Below are positions 29,049-40,211 of a stretch of 64,000 nucleotides of DNA, piece after piece. The notes beneath the pieces were generated by a model. The model did not search any database and was not told where the DNA came from. It worked only from the letters and a program-made list of their open reading frames with translations. Numbering within the stretch: position 1 is the stretch's first letter; every line of letters begins with the position of its first letter. Location: positions 1 through 64,000 of the forward strand of contig NZ_MWQY01000013.1 of NCBI RefSeq assembly GCF_002087085.1, given 5' to 3'. The translations under genes were made by a program, and so were the position numbers.

Positions 29049-30100
29049 TGCGTCGATATTTCCTTTTGCTATGCTTTTTTCCCCTGCTTGTTCCGGAACT
29101 TACCGCCGACTGGTACCGGTCCGATGCCCTGGGAAGACCCGCGGAATTCCTGCAGGAGGGAGATCGTATTGATGAGAGCCTGAAGGAGAATGAGGAGTAC
29201 CTCCTTTACCGCAACGAAAGCCCGGAAGGATTCAGGGAAGAACTCTATCGGTACGGTATTCCAGTAAGGGAAAAGACTGTCCGTAATCTTTCCGCAGGCA
29301 GAAGGGAAGAGACGGTACTGGAGGGTTCTGAACGCCGGATAAGCCTCTACGAAGGCAGCCTCCCTGTCCGGGAGGAGATCTACCTCGAGGATACCCTCGA
29401 GCGGGTCCTCGTTTACGGCTGGGAGGGGATACAGCTGAAATTTCTCGAAGCAGGCAACGGCGCAGAGCTCCTCTATCGTCAGGAATATTTCCGTGACCCC
29501 CGGGGCCGACTGCGTACCCTGCTGCGTCATATAGCCGGGGATAAAGATCCGGAGGCTGAAGGAGTCAGGGTTATTCAGTACGGCTATCGGGAGGGAAGTC
29601 TTGCAGAGACCTGGGTCGGAGATTACAACGAAGGGGTTCGGACCCGCTTTGCAGGGCTTCAGGCGCTGGAGGAGACCAGAATGTCCGGGACATCGGTTGT
29701 CGGCCGGATAGAACGGGAGACCCTGGGGGAGAACCAGGTGGAACGCAGTTACGCCCTTGACGGATCCCTGGTTTCAATGACAATCCGGGGCCCCGGGGGA
29801 AGAACCCTAATGGAGACTATCTACCTCGATGGCGGCAGGGTACGGGAAAGGGAGTACCGTTATAGGGGAGATCTTCTGATGGAGATGGTTATTCGCGAAC
29901 CCGAGAGGCTCGAGCGCCGGGTCTATACCTATCAGAATGATACACTCCGGAAGGAGGAGGTCTTTGTGAACCGCCGGCTGGTCAAGGTATCCATGTTTGA
30001 AGGAGACCGGAGACTGGAGGAGTTTTATCGGCGGGGCGAGGTGATTACACGCCGCCGCTACGAAGGGGATAGCCTGGTCTCAGAGGAGAGTTATGAATAG
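29045..30100 (+). CDS. hypothetical exported beta-rich repeat protein
   Basis: Signal peptide and recurring E/R/Y/G beta-hairpin units; overlaps ftsY and the permease gene. Confidence 0.65.
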   Translation: MMRRYFLLLCFFPLLVPELTADWYRSDALGRPAEFLQEGDRIDESLKENEEYLLYRNESPEGFREELYRYGIPVREKTVRNLSAGRREETVLEGSERRISLYEGSLPVREEIYLEDTLERVLVYGWEGIQLKFLEAGNGAELLYRQEYFRDPRGRLRTLLRHIAGDKDPEAEGVRVIQYGYREGSLAETWVGDYNEGVRTRFAGLQALEETRMSGTSVVGRIERETLGENQVERSYALDGSLVSMTIRGPGGRTLMETIYLDGGRVREREYRYRGDLLMEMVIREPERLERRVYTYQNDTLRKEEVFVNRRLVKVSMFEGDRRLEEFYRRGEVITRRRYEGDSLVSEESYE

Positions 30101-31397
30101 GATTGGCTGGGTACTTTTTGTTGCCCGTAGGTACCGCAGGGAACGGCGCTCGGGTAAGGCCAGCGCGGCGGGTTTTCTCTCCACCGCCGGCATCGCCCTG
30201 GGGGTCATAACCCTGGTGGTGGTAATCGGAGTCATGAACGGTTTTCAGCTGGGCTTTATTGAGGACATTCTGGAGATCCGTTCCTTTGATCTTCAGGTGT
30301 CGTCCCTGGATATGGATACCGCTCTGCGGGCCGCTGATTCGGCCAGGACGCTCTCTTCTGTCCGGACAGCACTCCCCTTCCTGGAGACCCAGACCCTGGT
30401 GCAGGGGCGTTTCAGCGAGTTCGAAGCCGTGGTTCTGCGGGGACTTCCATCAGATACCGAAGAGCTGGATCCCGGACTGGTATCCCAGCTTTCCATGGAC
30501 CGGGGGGAGTTTGATCTTGCCGGGGGACTCGTTCTTGGCGGGGAGCTCGCACGGGCGCTGGGGGTTCGCATCGGGGACACCGTTACCCTGGCCGCCCTTA
30601 CGGGCGATGGCTTCGCAGGGCTGGTTCCCGCCTCCCGCGAGCTTCCGGTAACAGGGACATTTACCAGCGGTTTTTATGAATACGACCGTGGTCTGGCTTT
30701 TACCTCCCTGGATCGTATACAGGAATTTGCCTCCGTGAACGACAGGCCCGCTCTGGGGATCAAGCTCAGGAACAGGTACCGGATCGACACGGCCCTTGCG
30801 GCACTCAATGCGGAGTTTTCCTCACTGCCTGGGTTCCGGAGCGGGGATGCTGAGATTGTCTCCTGGCGGGAGAGCAATCGTGCCTTTTTTGGCGCTCTTC
30901 GTATGGAAAAACTCATGATGTCCCTGCTGATCGGTGTCATGTTTCTGGTAACCGCCGGCAATATTTATCACTCCCTGCGCCGGGGGGTGCAGGAAAAACG
31001 CTCCGCCATTGCAGTGCTCCGGGCCCTGGGTGGAGGGCAGCGGGAGATTCAGCTGGTTTTCGTTCTGGAAGGCGGTCTCATGGGGCTTACCGGGACCTTC
31101 TGGGGACTTTCTTTGGGACTCCTTCTGGTGAATCATATAAACAGCCTGTTCTCCTTTCTGGAACTCCTTTCCGGCTGGACTGCCGCTTTTCTGAACAGCC
31201 TTTTCGGGGTCCAGTCCCTGGGAGGGCTCGCCATAACCCCGGCGGCTTTTTATCTCTCCGAGGTTCCGGTGCGAATCCTTCCCATGGAGATTTTTCTGAT
31301 CGCCTTTTTCGCGATCTCCGTCTCCCTGCTTTCCGCCTGGGGGGCATCACGGGATGTTTCCGGAATGAATCCAAGTACAATACTGAGGTATGAATAA
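30093..31397 (+). CDS. lipoprotein-releasing ABC permease (LolC/E family)
   Basis: GIALGV..L.VV.GVMNGF and IAVLRALG; 1+3 TM layout. Confidence 0.87.
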   Translation: MNRIGWVLFVARRYRRERRSGKASAAGFLSTAGIALGVITLVVVIGVMNGFQLGFIEDILEIRSFDLQVSSLDMDTALRAADSARTLSSVRTALPFLETQTLVQGRFSEFEAVVLRGLPSDTEELDPGLVSQLSMDRGEFDLAGGLVLGGELARALGVRIGDTVTLAALTGDGFAGLVPASRELPVTGTFTSGFYEYDRGLAFTSLDRIQEFASVNDRPALGIKLRNRYRIDTALAALNAEFSSLPGFRSGDAEIVSWRESNRAFFGALRMEKLMMSLLIGVMFLVTAGNIYHSLRRGVQEKRSAIAVLRALGGGQREIQLVFVLEGGLMGLTGTFWGLSLGLLLVNHINSLFSFLELLSGWTAAFLNSLFGVQSLGGLAITPAAFYLSEVPVRILPMEIFLIAFFAISVSLLSAWGASRDVSGMNPSTILRYE

Positions 31398-32071
31398 TGG
31401 AACTGCTGCGATTGGAGGGACTCACAAAACGTTATGTCTCCGGGACGGAGGTTCTGACTATACTGGACAAGGTCGATCTTTCCATTCCCGCCGGCAGTGT
31501 TACTGTCTTTACCGGTGAGAGCGGCTCGGGAAAAAGCACCCTGCTCAACATAATCGGGGCCCTGGACAATCCGGATTCCGGGCAGATCCAGGTGGACGGT
31601 ATCCGGGTTGATCAGCTCTCTGAGACAGAAACCAACAGGTACCGGTCAGAGACCGTGGGCTTTGTCTTTCAGTTCCATTATCTCCTCGAGGGCTTCAGCG
31701 CACTGGAAAACACCATGCTTCCCGCCTATATGCGCGGACTTCCTCTGACCGAAGCCCGGGAACGGGCCCGGACCCTGCTGTCCCGGGTCGGTCTTGAAAA
31801 GCGGCTGGATCACACCCCGGCCATGCTGTCGGGAGGGGAACGGCAGCGGGTTGCCCTTGCCAGGGCCCTGATAAACGATCCCAAACTGCTGCTTGCCGAC
31901 GAACCCACGGGTAACCTGGACGAAGGAAACACCCGGAGGGTCAAGGAGCTGCTTTTTTCCCTTGTCCGGGACACCGGCAGGACCCTGCTGCTGGTTACTC
32001 ATGAGAGCGCCTTTATCCCTGAAGGAGACCGGGCTTACCGGCTTCATGCCGGCGGACTGGAGACCCTGTAA
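31397..32071 (+). CDS. lolD: lipoprotein-releasing ABC ATPase
   Basis: GESGSGKST, the LolD motif GFVFQFHYLL, LSGGERQR and LADEPTGNLD. Confidence 0.87.
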   Translation: MELLRLEGLTKRYVSGTEVLTILDKVDLSIPAGSVTVFTGESGSGKSTLLNIIGALDNPDSGQIQVDGIRVDQLSETETNRYRSETVGFVFQFHYLLEGFSALENTMLPAYMRGLPLTEARERARTLLSRVGLEKRLDHTPAMLSGGERQRVALARALINDPKLLLADEPTGNLDEGNTRRVKELLFSLVRDTGRTLLLVTHESAFIPEGDRAYRLHAGGLETL

Positions 32072-33357
32072 TGTTCTCAGCGCCCCTCATGATAGCCCGC
32101 CGGCTCGTATTCCGTCGTGAACGACGCATAAGCTCCCACCTGAAGGGCACCGTTCTGGGGATATCCCTTTCTCTGATTCCCCTGATACTGGTAATGATTG
32201 TCTCTTCAGGAATGATAAAGGGAATTACCGCCCGCTTCCTTGAACTGGGAACCTTTCATCTCCAGGCACGCAGCTATAATCAGGATGTCCCCTGGCAGGA
32301 CATCGGGAACCAGCTGGCTGAGGAGCACGGAATCAAAGCTGCTTTTCCCGTTATTCAGGGACTGGGCATGCTCTATTCCCCCCGGGGAAGGGTGGGGGTT
32401 ACCCTCAAGGGGTTTACCCCCGATATGTGGGAAAAGGATCAGGGGTTCCGGGATTTCATGATTGTAGAGGCCGGGGAGTTCGATCTTTCCGATCCTGAGG
32501 GAATAGTCGTGACCTCCGGGGTCGCCGAGTCCCTGGGGGTGGAAGTCGGGGACCGGGTCAAGCTGCTGACCTCCCGGACATCCTCATCCGGGGCGCTTTT
32601 CCTGAGGCCGAGCTTTTTTACCCTGAAGGGGATCTGTTCCACCGGCTATTACGAACTGGATGCATTGACCGCCTACATTCCCTATACCCGGGCAGATTCG
32701 ATTTTGCGGGGACAGGGGACACACTATATCGGCATGAAGATTGAGGAGCCTTTTTCAGGAATCCGGGAAATCAAGGGACGGCTGGCAGGTGATCTTGGAA
32801 TGGACTGGTATATCCTGGACTGGCAGGAGCTGCAGCGTCCGATGTACAGTTCCTTTGAGACCTCCCGAAATCTTATCCTGCTTATCATGGCCCTTATTGT
32901 TCTGGTGGCTACCCTGAATATATCCGCCACCCTGGGCATGCTGGTGTTGGAAAACCAGGAACAGATAGCCATACTGAAGGCCACAGGAAGTTCCGGCTTT
33001 CAGGTAGGTCTTGTGTTTATTATCGCGGGACTCCTTACCGGACTCGCCGGGGTGCTCCCGGGACTTGCCTTCGGACTCCTTCTGGCGGTGAATATAAACG
33101 GTATCATCTTTGCCCTTGAAAGCACCCTGAACTTTACCGTTCTTATAATAAGCCGCCTGTCTCCCCTTTCCGGTGCTCCTGTTTCACTGGACCTTTTCGA
33201 TTCCAGTTATTATCTTGAGACGATACCGGTAGAGCTTGATCCTGTCTCCCTCTGGCTGGCAGTCCTCTTTACCCTATCCGTTTCCTGTGCTGCTGCTATA
33301 ATCCCCGCCCTGCGGGCAGCATCTGTCCAGCCCATGGAGATTCTCCGGCGGCGTTGA
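32071..33357 (+). CDS. lipoprotein-releasing ABC permease (LolC/E family)
   Basis: IAILKATG and PALRAA.VQP.EILR; LolE-like topology. Confidence 0.85.
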   Translation: MFSAPLMIARRLVFRRERRISSHLKGTVLGISLSLIPLILVMIVSSGMIKGITARFLELGTFHLQARSYNQDVPWQDIGNQLAEEHGIKAAFPVIQGLGMLYSPRGRVGVTLKGFTPDMWEKDQGFRDFMIVEAGEFDLSDPEGIVVTSGVAESLGVEVGDRVKLLTSRTSSSGALFLRPSFFTLKGICSTGYYELDALTAYIPYTRADSILRGQGTHYIGMKIEEPFSGIREIKGRLAGDLGMDWYILDWQELQRPMYSSFETSRNLILLIMALIVLVATLNISATLGMLVLENQEQIAILKATGSSGFQVGLVFIIAGLLTGLAGVLPGLAFGLLLAVNINGIIFALESTLNFTVLIISRLSPLSGAPVSLDLFDSSYYLETIPVELDPVSLWLAVLFTLSVSCAAAIIPALRAASVQPMEILRRR

Positions 33358-33446
33358 AGCAGCTCTTCTAAAAACTGAAATACTGTAGAAATTATGAGAA
33401 AAATCGCTATACTATTATTGGAAGCATACGATGGGAGGGTGACGGT

Positions 33447-33947
33447 ATGAAATGCGAACTGTGCAATGAAAATGACGCTGTTATCCATATTCAGCAGATT
33501 GTCGGCAATGAAGCCAAAGAGATACACCTGTGTGAGAAATGCGCTCACGAGAACGGTATCTCCTCCAACAGCGACAAGATAGAACTGTCCCTGAACGAGC
33601 TTCTCAACGGACTGATTGACTTCTCCTCCCGGCCCAGACGACAGGACACCTGTCCGACCTGCGGGGGACGACTGAAGGATTTCAGGAAAAGCGGTATGGT
33701 CGGCTGTGCCGACTGTTATACCACCTTTCGGGACGAGATCGTCAGTTATCTGGAGGAGTCCGTGGGGACCGTCAAACACGCCGGAAAATACCCGAAAAAA
33801 CTGCAGGCCTACAAGACCCTTCTGGTGGACAAAGAGATCCTGAAAAAACGGCTGGAAGAGGCCGTGGCCGGTGAGGATTACGAAACCGCGGCAGGCATCC
33901 GGGATCGCATACAATCCATCGAGGCTGCGGAAGGAGGGGAGGGGTGA
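33447..33947 (+). CDS. mcsA: McsA zinc/UVR-domain protein
   Basis: Four CxxC motifs and the UVR motif EDYETAAGIRDRI. Confidence 0.92.
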   Translation: MKCELCNENDAVIHIQQIVGNEAKEIHLCEKCAHENGISSNSDKIELSLNELLNGLIDFSSRPRRQDTCPTCGGRLKDFRKSGMVGCADCYTTFRDEIVSYLEESVGTVKHAGKYPKKLQAYKTLLVDKEILKKRLEEAVAGEDYETAAGIRDRIQSIEAAEGGEG

Positions 33948-35008
33948 TTTCCTTTGAGAGCACCGTCGACTCTCCGGGCTGGTATTCCCAGTCGGGTCCG
34001 GAAAACGATGTGGTGGTATCCACCCGTTTGCGCCTCTCCCGGAATCTTTCGGGATACCAGTTTGCTTCGAATCTGGACGCCCGGGAGGGCGAGGCGGTAC
34101 AGACGGGTATACGGAATGCCTTCTCCGGTATGGGCAAGGAGTACCACTACTGCCCCATGTCGGATCTTGCCCCGGTTGAGCGTCGAATGCTTCTGGAGCG
34201 GAACCTGATTTCCCAGGATTTCAGCCTGCAGACTGCGAAAGCGGCGGTTCTCCGGGAGGATTTCAGGTTCTGCGCCATGGTTAATGAGATCGACCATCTG
34301 CGGATGGGGCTGATTTATGCAGGATCCTCATTTTCCGAACTCTGGAAGGAGCTGAACAGCATCGACAGCCGGCTTGAGGACTCCCTGGATTACGCGGTTT
34401 CCCTGGAGTGGGGCTATCTTACCGCTGATGTGAGCAACGTCGGAACCGGACTGAAAGCCTCGGCCATGGTGCATCTGCCGGCCCTGGTGGAGACCGGAAT
34501 GATAGACAAGGCCCTCAAGGCTGTCGTGCAGCTGGGATACTCGGTAAAAGGCTTCTTTTCCGATACGGAGAACAGCCTCGGATATCTGTATCAGATTGCG
34601 AATCCTGTATCCACCGGGGAAAGCGAAGAGGATTTACTGGGAAAACTTGATGGTGTGGTCAATCAATTGGTACATTATGAGAGGACGGCACGGGAAGAAG
34701 TTCTCAAAAAGGAACGTCTGGCCACGGAAGACAAGATTTTCCGGGCCCTGGGAACACTTCTTCATTGCCGGATTATTGAATCCAAGGAGGCTATCGATGC
34801 CCTGAACCTTGTACGGTTCGGCATCGAATGCGGTATGATTTCTTTACCAATACCTGCGGTAACGTCGCTACTTTTTCTCAGCCAGAAGTCTCATGTACAG
34901 GGGCTGATGGAGAGGGAGAAAATACAGGATACACCCGTGGACGCCTATCGCGCCAGAATGATACGGGAAACACTCAGCAGTAAAATGGCAGGAGGATGGA
35001 ATGTTTAA
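33944..35008 (+). CDS. mcsB: McsB-like ATP:guanido phosphotransferase
   Basis: VVSTRLRLSRNL, MVNEIDHLR and GYLT....NVGTGLKAS.M.HLPAL; lies between mcsA and clpC. Confidence 0.87.
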   Translation: MISFESTVDSPGWYSQSGPENDVVVSTRLRLSRNLSGYQFASNLDAREGEAVQTGIRNAFSGMGKEYHYCPMSDLAPVERRMLLERNLISQDFSLQTAKAAVLREDFRFCAMVNEIDHLRMGLIYAGSSFSELWKELNSIDSRLEDSLDYAVSLEWGYLTADVSNVGTGLKASAMVHLPALVETGMIDKALKAVVQLGYSVKGFFSDTENSLGYLYQIANPVSTGESEEDLLGKLDGVVNQLVHYERTAREEVLKKERLATEDKIFRALGTLLHCRIIESKEAIDALNLVRFGIECGMISLPIPAVTSLLFLSQKSHVQGLMEREKIQDTPVDAYRARMIRETLSSKMAGGWNV

Positions 35009-37505
35009 AGGCTTGACCCAGCGGGCCCAGCGTTTATTGACAATCTTCGCCCAGGAAGAGGCAAAACGGTTTCATTCCGACAAGCTTCTGCCGGAACATA
35101 TTATTCTTGCCCTTCTGAAGGATGGTGAAGGGGTCGGTTACAAGGCCCTGAAAGAGTTAAAGGTAGACCCGGTGGAACTGCAGCTTGAGATCGAAAAGAG
35201 TATTCCCAAGCGGCATACGGGTTTTATTCTCGGGGATGTTCCCCCGTCAAAGCGGGGCAAAAAGATGCTCGAAGACAGTGCCGAAGAGGCCCGTAATCTG
35301 GGCCATGAGTATATCGGTACTGAGCATCTTTTGCTTGCCGCGGCCAGGGAAACCGGCAGTGTCGTCGCCCGTACCCTGGCAAAGTATAATGTTAACGTGG
35401 AAGCCCTGCGTTCCGCGATCACCGATCTCTCCGGTTCCAGCGCCGCCCAGCAGGCCCAGGCACGCAAGAGTGCTTCATCCGCTGGGCAGCAGAAACGGAC
35501 CCAGCAGCATCCTAAAAAGGCGACCCCGACCCTGGATGAGTTTTCCAGAGACCTGACGGACTACGCCGTACAGAAGAAGCTGGACCCGGTTATCGGCAGG
35601 GAAGACGAGATCGAGCGGGTCATCCAGATCCTCGCCCGGCGCACCAAGAACAATCCGGTGCTCATCGGAGAGCCCGGGGTAGGAAAGACCGCCATAGTCG
35701 AAGGGCTTGCCCAGAGGATAACCGACGGAACCGCCCCGGAAGTCCTGATAGACAAACGGGTGGTGACCCTGGATCTTGCCTCGCTGATTGCCGGTACAAA
35801 GTACCGGGGAGAGTTCGAAGACCGTCTGAAGCGTGTCATGAAGGAGATCCTCAGCGCCGGTAACGTGGTCCTCTTTATCGATGAGCTCCACACCATAATC
35901 GGGGCGGGAGGCGCGGAGGGGGCAATTGATGCCTCCAACATGCTCAAACCGGCTCTCTCCCGGGGAGAGCTCCAGTGTATCGGTGCGACTACCCTGAACG
36001 AGTACAAGAAATACATCGAGAAGGACGCGGCCCTGGAACGCCGCTTTCAGAGCATCTACGTCAAGGAACCCTCGGTGGACGAGACCATTGAAATTCTGAA
36101 GGGAATAAAACGGCAGTACGAGGACCATCATAACGTAATCTATACCGACAAGGCCATTGAAGCCGCCGTCAGCCTGTCTCACCGCTACATAATAGAGCGT
36201 TTTCTTCCGGACAAGGCCATCGACCTGCTGGACGAAGCGGGAAGTCATAAACGCATCCGCAACAGTGTACGGCCGTCGGAGCTCTCGGAGCTGGAGCTCG
36301 AGATCGAGCGTCTGACGCAGGAAAAGATCAACCTGGTGAACAACCAGGACTATGAGCGGGCCGCCGCGTTGCGGGACACGGTCCGACAGCTGAAAGGGCA
36401 GGTCGAGGACCTCAAAAAGGGCTGGAAGGACAGCCTGAGGTCCGAGCGCAACATTGTAGATGCCGAGGATATCCACACCATAATAGCCCGCATTACGGGA
36501 ATTCCGGTATCCCGGCTGGCCCAGAGCGAGTCGGAAAAGCTGCTGGATATCGAAGCTGAACTCCACAAGACCGTCATCGGGCAGGACGATGCCATCAAGG
36601 TCATTGCGTCGGCCATACGAAGATCCAGGACGGGCTTGAGCTCACCGAAACGCCCTCTGGGATCCTTTATCTTCCTCGGCCCTACGGGGGTGGGAAAATC
36701 CCTGCTGGCCAAGACCCTGGCGGTATTCCTTTTCGGAGACGAGAACTCCCTGATCCGCATAGATATGTCGGACTTCATGGAAAAGCACAACGTTTCCCGC
36801 CTGGTTGGAGCTCCTCCGGGCTACGTGGGTTACGAGGAGGGAGGTATCCTTACCGAGAAGATAAGGCGCCGTCCCTACAGTGTCATTCTGCTGGATGAGA
36901 TCGAGAAGGCCCATCCTGATGTCTTCAATATCCTGCTTCAGGTGCTGGAGGAGGGTGAACTCCAGGACAACCTGGGGCACAAGGTCTCCTTCCGTAATAC
37001 TGTCCTGATAATGACATCCAACGCCGGGGCCAGGGAGATTACCCGTGACTCGAGCCTCGGATTCCGGGCGGACGATGGCATACTGGATCACTCGGAGATC
37101 AAATCCTCCGCCATGAACGAGCTCAAGCGCTTTTTCCGTCCCGAGTTTATCAACCGGGTGGACGAGATTGTTGTCTTCCACAGTCTGAGCCGCGATCAGG
37201 TTTCCACCATTTTCGACATCCTGGTCGACGAAGTGCGCCTCCGGCTTCTGGAGATGAATATTTTTCTGGAGATCAGCAAAAAGGCCAAAGACCTGCTGCT
37301 TGACAAGGGTTACGATGTCAAGTTCGGAGCCCGTCCAATGCGCAGGATCATCCAGAAAGAGCTGGAGGATCCCCTCTCCATGGAGATTCTCAAGGGTAAA
37401 TGCGCTTCCGGAAATGTTATTCAGGTAAGCGTGCGAAACGACAGGATATCCTTCAGGGTAAAAACCCAGAAGAAACTTCCTGCTCCTGCGGAAGTTGTCA
37501 ATTGA
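35001..37505 (+). CDS. clpC: Clp protease ATP-binding subunit ClpC
   Basis: Clp N repeats, [17 protein letters not shown] linker, GPTGVGKS and [11 protein letters not shown]. Confidence 0.95.
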   Translation: MFKGLTQRAQRLLTIFAQEEAKRFHSDKLLPEHIILALLKDGEGVGYKALKELKVDPVELQLEIEKSIPKRHTGFILGDVPPSKRGKKMLEDSAEEARNLGHEYIGTEHLLLAAARETGSVVARTLAKYNVNVEALRSAITDLSGSSAAQQAQARKSASSAGQQKRTQQHPKKATPTLDEFSRDLTDYAVQKKLDPVIGREDEIERVIQILARRTKNNPVLIGEPGVGKTAIVEGLAQRITDGTAPEVLIDKRVVTLDLASLIAGTKYRGEFEDRLKRVMKEILSAGNVVLFIDELHTIIGAGGAEGAIDASNMLKPALSRGELQCIGATTLNEYKKYIEKDAALERRFQSIYVKEPSVDETIEILKGIKRQYEDHHNVIYTDKAIEAAVSLSHRYIIERFLPDKAIDLLDEAGSHKRIRNSVRPSELSELELEIERLTQEKINLVNNQDYERAAALRDTVRQLKGQVEDLKKGWKDSLRSERNIVDAEDIHTIIARITGIPVSRLAQSESEKLLDIEAELHKTVIGQDDAIKVIASAIRRSRTGLSSPKRPLGSFIFLGPTGVGKSLLAKTLAVFLFGDENSLIRIDMSDFMEKHNVSRLVGAPPGYVGYEEGGILTEKIRRRPYSVILLDEIEKAHPDVFNILLQVLEEGELQDNLGHKVSFRNTVLIMTSNAGAREITRDSSLGFRADDGILDHSEIKSSAMNELKRFFRPEFINRVDEIVVFHSLSRDQVSTIFDILVDEVRLRLLEMNIFLEISKKAKDLLLDKGYDVKFGARPMRRIIQKELEDPLSMEILKGKCASGNVIQVSVRNDRISFRVKTQKKLPAPAEVVN

Positions 37506-37537
37506 TTGTCACCTTCACGGGTCAGGAGTAGGTACTG

Positions 37538-38164
37538 ATGGAGGGTTTTCTCGATTTCTACAGTCCCAGGCAGGAGGAGCTTCCCTATGGGGAGGCTCTC
37601 TTCTGTGCTCTCGACTTTGAAACCACCGGTCTGTATCCCGGTTCCGACTCGATTATAGAAGCCGGTGCAGTCCTGTACCGGGGAGGACAGGAGATCGATT
37701 CCTTTTCATCCTTTATCCGTCCCGCAGGGGAAATCCCGGCTGCTGCAACGGCCGTACACGGAATAGATGCCGGTATGGTGGAGGATGCTCCGGAACTGGA
37801 GGAGGTTTTTCCCTCCCTTCTTATCTTTCTGGAAGGGGCGATTCTTGTGGGGCACAATATCAATTTCGACCTCGCTTTTCTCGATGCGGGGTGCCGCAAA
37901 AGCGGCAGGCCCATGCCCTCAGCGCCGGGTATCGATACCTGCAGTTTTGCCCGGTCTGTCCTCAAAGGGGAGCCCAGCTACAGTCTTGAAAACCTGAGCA
38001 GGCGTTATGGGCTGGGGAATGGAAACCATCACCGGGCTCTGGATGATGCCCGCTCTGCCATGGGTCTTCTGTCGCTTATTGTTTCCCGCATTCCCGACGA
38101 CGGCGAACTGAAAGCTTCCGATATCATACGCCGATCCAGGACTCGTCCGTATAATCCCCGCTGA
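37538..38164 (+). CDS. DEDDh 3'-5' exonuclease (DnaQ-like)
   Basis: DFETTG, GHNINFD and HRALDDA. Confidence 0.9.
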   Translation: MEGFLDFYSPRQEELPYGEALFCALDFETTGLYPGSDSIIEAGAVLYRGGQEIDSFSSFIRPAGEIPAAATAVHGIDAGMVEDAPELEEVFPSLLIFLEGAILVGHNINFDLAFLDAGCRKSGRPMPSAPGIDTCSFARSVLKGEPSYSLENLSRRYGLGNGNHHRALDDARSAMGLLSLIVSRIPDDGELKASDIIRRSRTRPYNPR

Positions 38165-38208
38165 ATTCTTTATGTCTCTTCTCACTGGCCCCCTTTTATG
38201 GTAGGTTC

Positions 38209-39147
38209 ATGCCTGCTATGAATCTTGAAGCTTTTGTACTGGGAAGCGGCGGTATGATGCCCCTGCCTTCCCGCCATTTAACATCTGTATTGTTACGAAA
38301 AGACGGCGATCTGTTTCTGTTCGATTGCGGGGAGGGAACCCAGGTTTCCCTGCGAAAGCTGAACCTGCGCTGGAAGAAGATCTCCGCGATTTTTATTTCC
38401 CATACCCATGCTGATCATGTTACCGGCCTGCCGGGAATCCTGATGCTCTCTTCCCAGGTCGACCGGGACGAACCCCTCTACATCTATGGCCCTCCGAAAA
38501 TCCGGGACTATGTCGAGGCAAACCGGCGGGTCCTCGATATGTATATTAACTACGAAATACGGGTTATCGAGTTTACCGAGGGGGGGACTGTATTTGAGGG
38601 TAAGGATTTTTCCGTATCCAGTTTTCCCCTGGAGCACACGAAACCCTGTTTCGGCTATACCCTGGTGGAAAATCCGAGACCGGGAGTCTTCTACCCTGAA
38701 AAGGCCAGGGAGCTCGACGTCCCGGTGGGGCCGCTGTGGGCGACCCTCCAGGAGGGGAAACCGGTGCAAAACGCGAAGGGTGATCTGGTGGAACCCTCTC
38801 AGGTGATGGGAGAGCCGAGGAAGGGCAGAAAGTTCAGCTATGTGACCGACACTGTATATCGGGATGATATCGCCCCAAGGGTCAGCGGATCCGATCTGCT
38901 GATCTGTGAAGGGATGTTCGCTTCTGATCTTGAAGAGAGCGCGCGGGAAAAGAAACACCTTACCGCAAAACAGGCTGCAGGGATTGCCAGGGACGCCGGA
39001 GGAGTCAAGCGTCTGGGACTTATCCACTTCAGCCCCCGATATGGAAAACGGGAGCTCAAGAAATTAAAGGAAGAGGCAAGGGAGATATTTCCCGAAACCT
39101 TTCTGACCCGGGACCAGCAGGTACTGGAAATACCCAACGAGGATTAG
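38209..39147 (+). CDS. rnz: ribonuclease Z
   Basis: FDCGEGTQ, HTHADH, GP exosite and HFSPRY. The start may be 38218. Confidence 0.93.
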   Translation: MPAMNLEAFVLGSGGMMPLPSRHLTSVLLRKDGDLFLFDCGEGTQVSLRKLNLRWKKISAIFISHTHADHVTGLPGILMLSSQVDRDEPLYIYGPPKIRDYVEANRRVLDMYINYEIRVIEFTEGGTVFEGKDFSVSSFPLEHTKPCFGYTLVENPRPGVFYPEKARELDVPVGPLWATLQEGKPVQNAKGDLVEPSQVMGEPRKGRKFSYVTDTVYRDDIAPRVSGSDLLICEGMFASDLEESAREKKHLTAKQAAGIARDAGGVKRLGLIHFSPRYGKRELKKLKEEAREIFPETFLTRDQQVLEIPNED

Positions 39148-39161
39148 GCCGGGCACGGGAT

Positions 39162-40139
39162 TCAGACTGTTTCGGCCAGGCGGGCCCGGTACTTCTCGGG
39201 ATCTGCCCGGAATCCGAAGACGGCACGGTCCGGATCCTGTCTGGATTTCCGGAGGGCCGATACAGCTTCGGTTAAAAGAAGATCCGGGTCAATGAGCCGG
39301 CCGCTTCGTGAGCTCAAGCCTCCCCAGGCGCTGATGTGGGGAAAGTTCTTTTCCAGTTGTTTACGGAAATCCCTGACCGTGCGAATCCCGTCATCGAGTT
39401 CCGTATTCGGCAGGATCAGGCATGCCCGCTCCGCGCCGTATTCATAACAGAGATCGCGGAAAACAAAGAATTGACGTATCTCCGGTGATACCTCCTTCAG
39501 TTTCAGGAGCGGATCAAGGCCATCAAAGACTATCACGGCAATTGTAAGGTCCTGGTCGAAGGAAGCCGCCCGCTTCAGTTCCGATTCAAGACGCATGGAT
39601 AGATACTCGCTGGACATGAGACCCGAATCATGATCGGATTCAGTGTCTGCGGGTGCACTCAGGGCCCGAATTTCCACCCTTTCCACTGGTCTGGAACGGG
39701 GTAAAAAGGCCAGAATCAGGCCTGAGAGGAGCACCGCCGCGCTCGCGGTATACAGCAGAATTCGCAGCCGGGGAAGAAGTTCAGCCCGGTCGATAAGGGA
39801 ACTCCGTATTCGAAGCAGGGTATCCGGCCGGCTGGCATCAAGGGAATACTCGTAGGTTCCATTTACAAGGGAAAGAAGGGACGATGAGAGGGCCTTCGAA
39901 CGGTACAATACCCGCTCAGATTCCCCCTGTACAAGGTCGATGCGCAAAATGTCCTGCAGCTCCTCGCTGCCGGGGGTTCCCCCGCTGCGAATCAGCATCG
40001 CCAGTTCCATGACCTTTTCACGATTATTCTCGTAATTGTTTCGGGAGAGTCGTGAAAGATCGTACAGGACATAGGTTGATGCCGAGACAAGAATAAGTAC
40101 AATCAATGCGGCATAGGTTTGCACAACAACCTTATTCAT
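39162..40139 (-). CDS. membrane protein with degenerate GGDEF-like domain
   Basis: Two TM segments, then SGL.....L..RL.SELKRA and DLCYEYGAER..LILP.T. Confidence 0.7.
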   Translation of the reverse strand: MNKVVVQTYAALIVLILVSASTYVLYDLSRLSRNNYENNREKVMELAMLIRSGGTPGSEELQDILRIDLVQGESERVLYRSKALSSSLLSLVNGTYEYSLDASRPDTLLRIRSSLIDRAELLPRLRILLYTASAAVLLSGLILAFLPRSRPVERVEIRALSAPADTESDHDSGLMSSEYLSMRLESELKRAASFDQDLTIAVIVFDGLDPLLKLKEVSPEIRQFFVFRDLCYEYGAERACLILPNTELDDGIRTVRDFRKQLEKNFPHISAWGGLSSRSGRLIDPDLLLTEAVSALRKSRQDPDRAVFGFRADPEKYRARLAETV

Positions 40140-40211
40140 AGGCCTATTATACGGTAAATACCGGAAAAGTGAATCGATTTATTCTGGTTTTTTCCCTTTT
40201 GTCATGGCACA

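Noticed and set aside
33358..33376. agcagctcttctaaaaact resembling the MITE left end
   Set aside because: Short gapped match with no element body or right end; may be chance.
33358..33446. CtsR or CIRCE operator upstream of mcsA
   Set aside because: No GGTCAAA direct repeat or CIRCE palindrome is visible.
35475..36566. 363-aa minus-strand ORF
   Set aside because: Antisense shadow of clpC.
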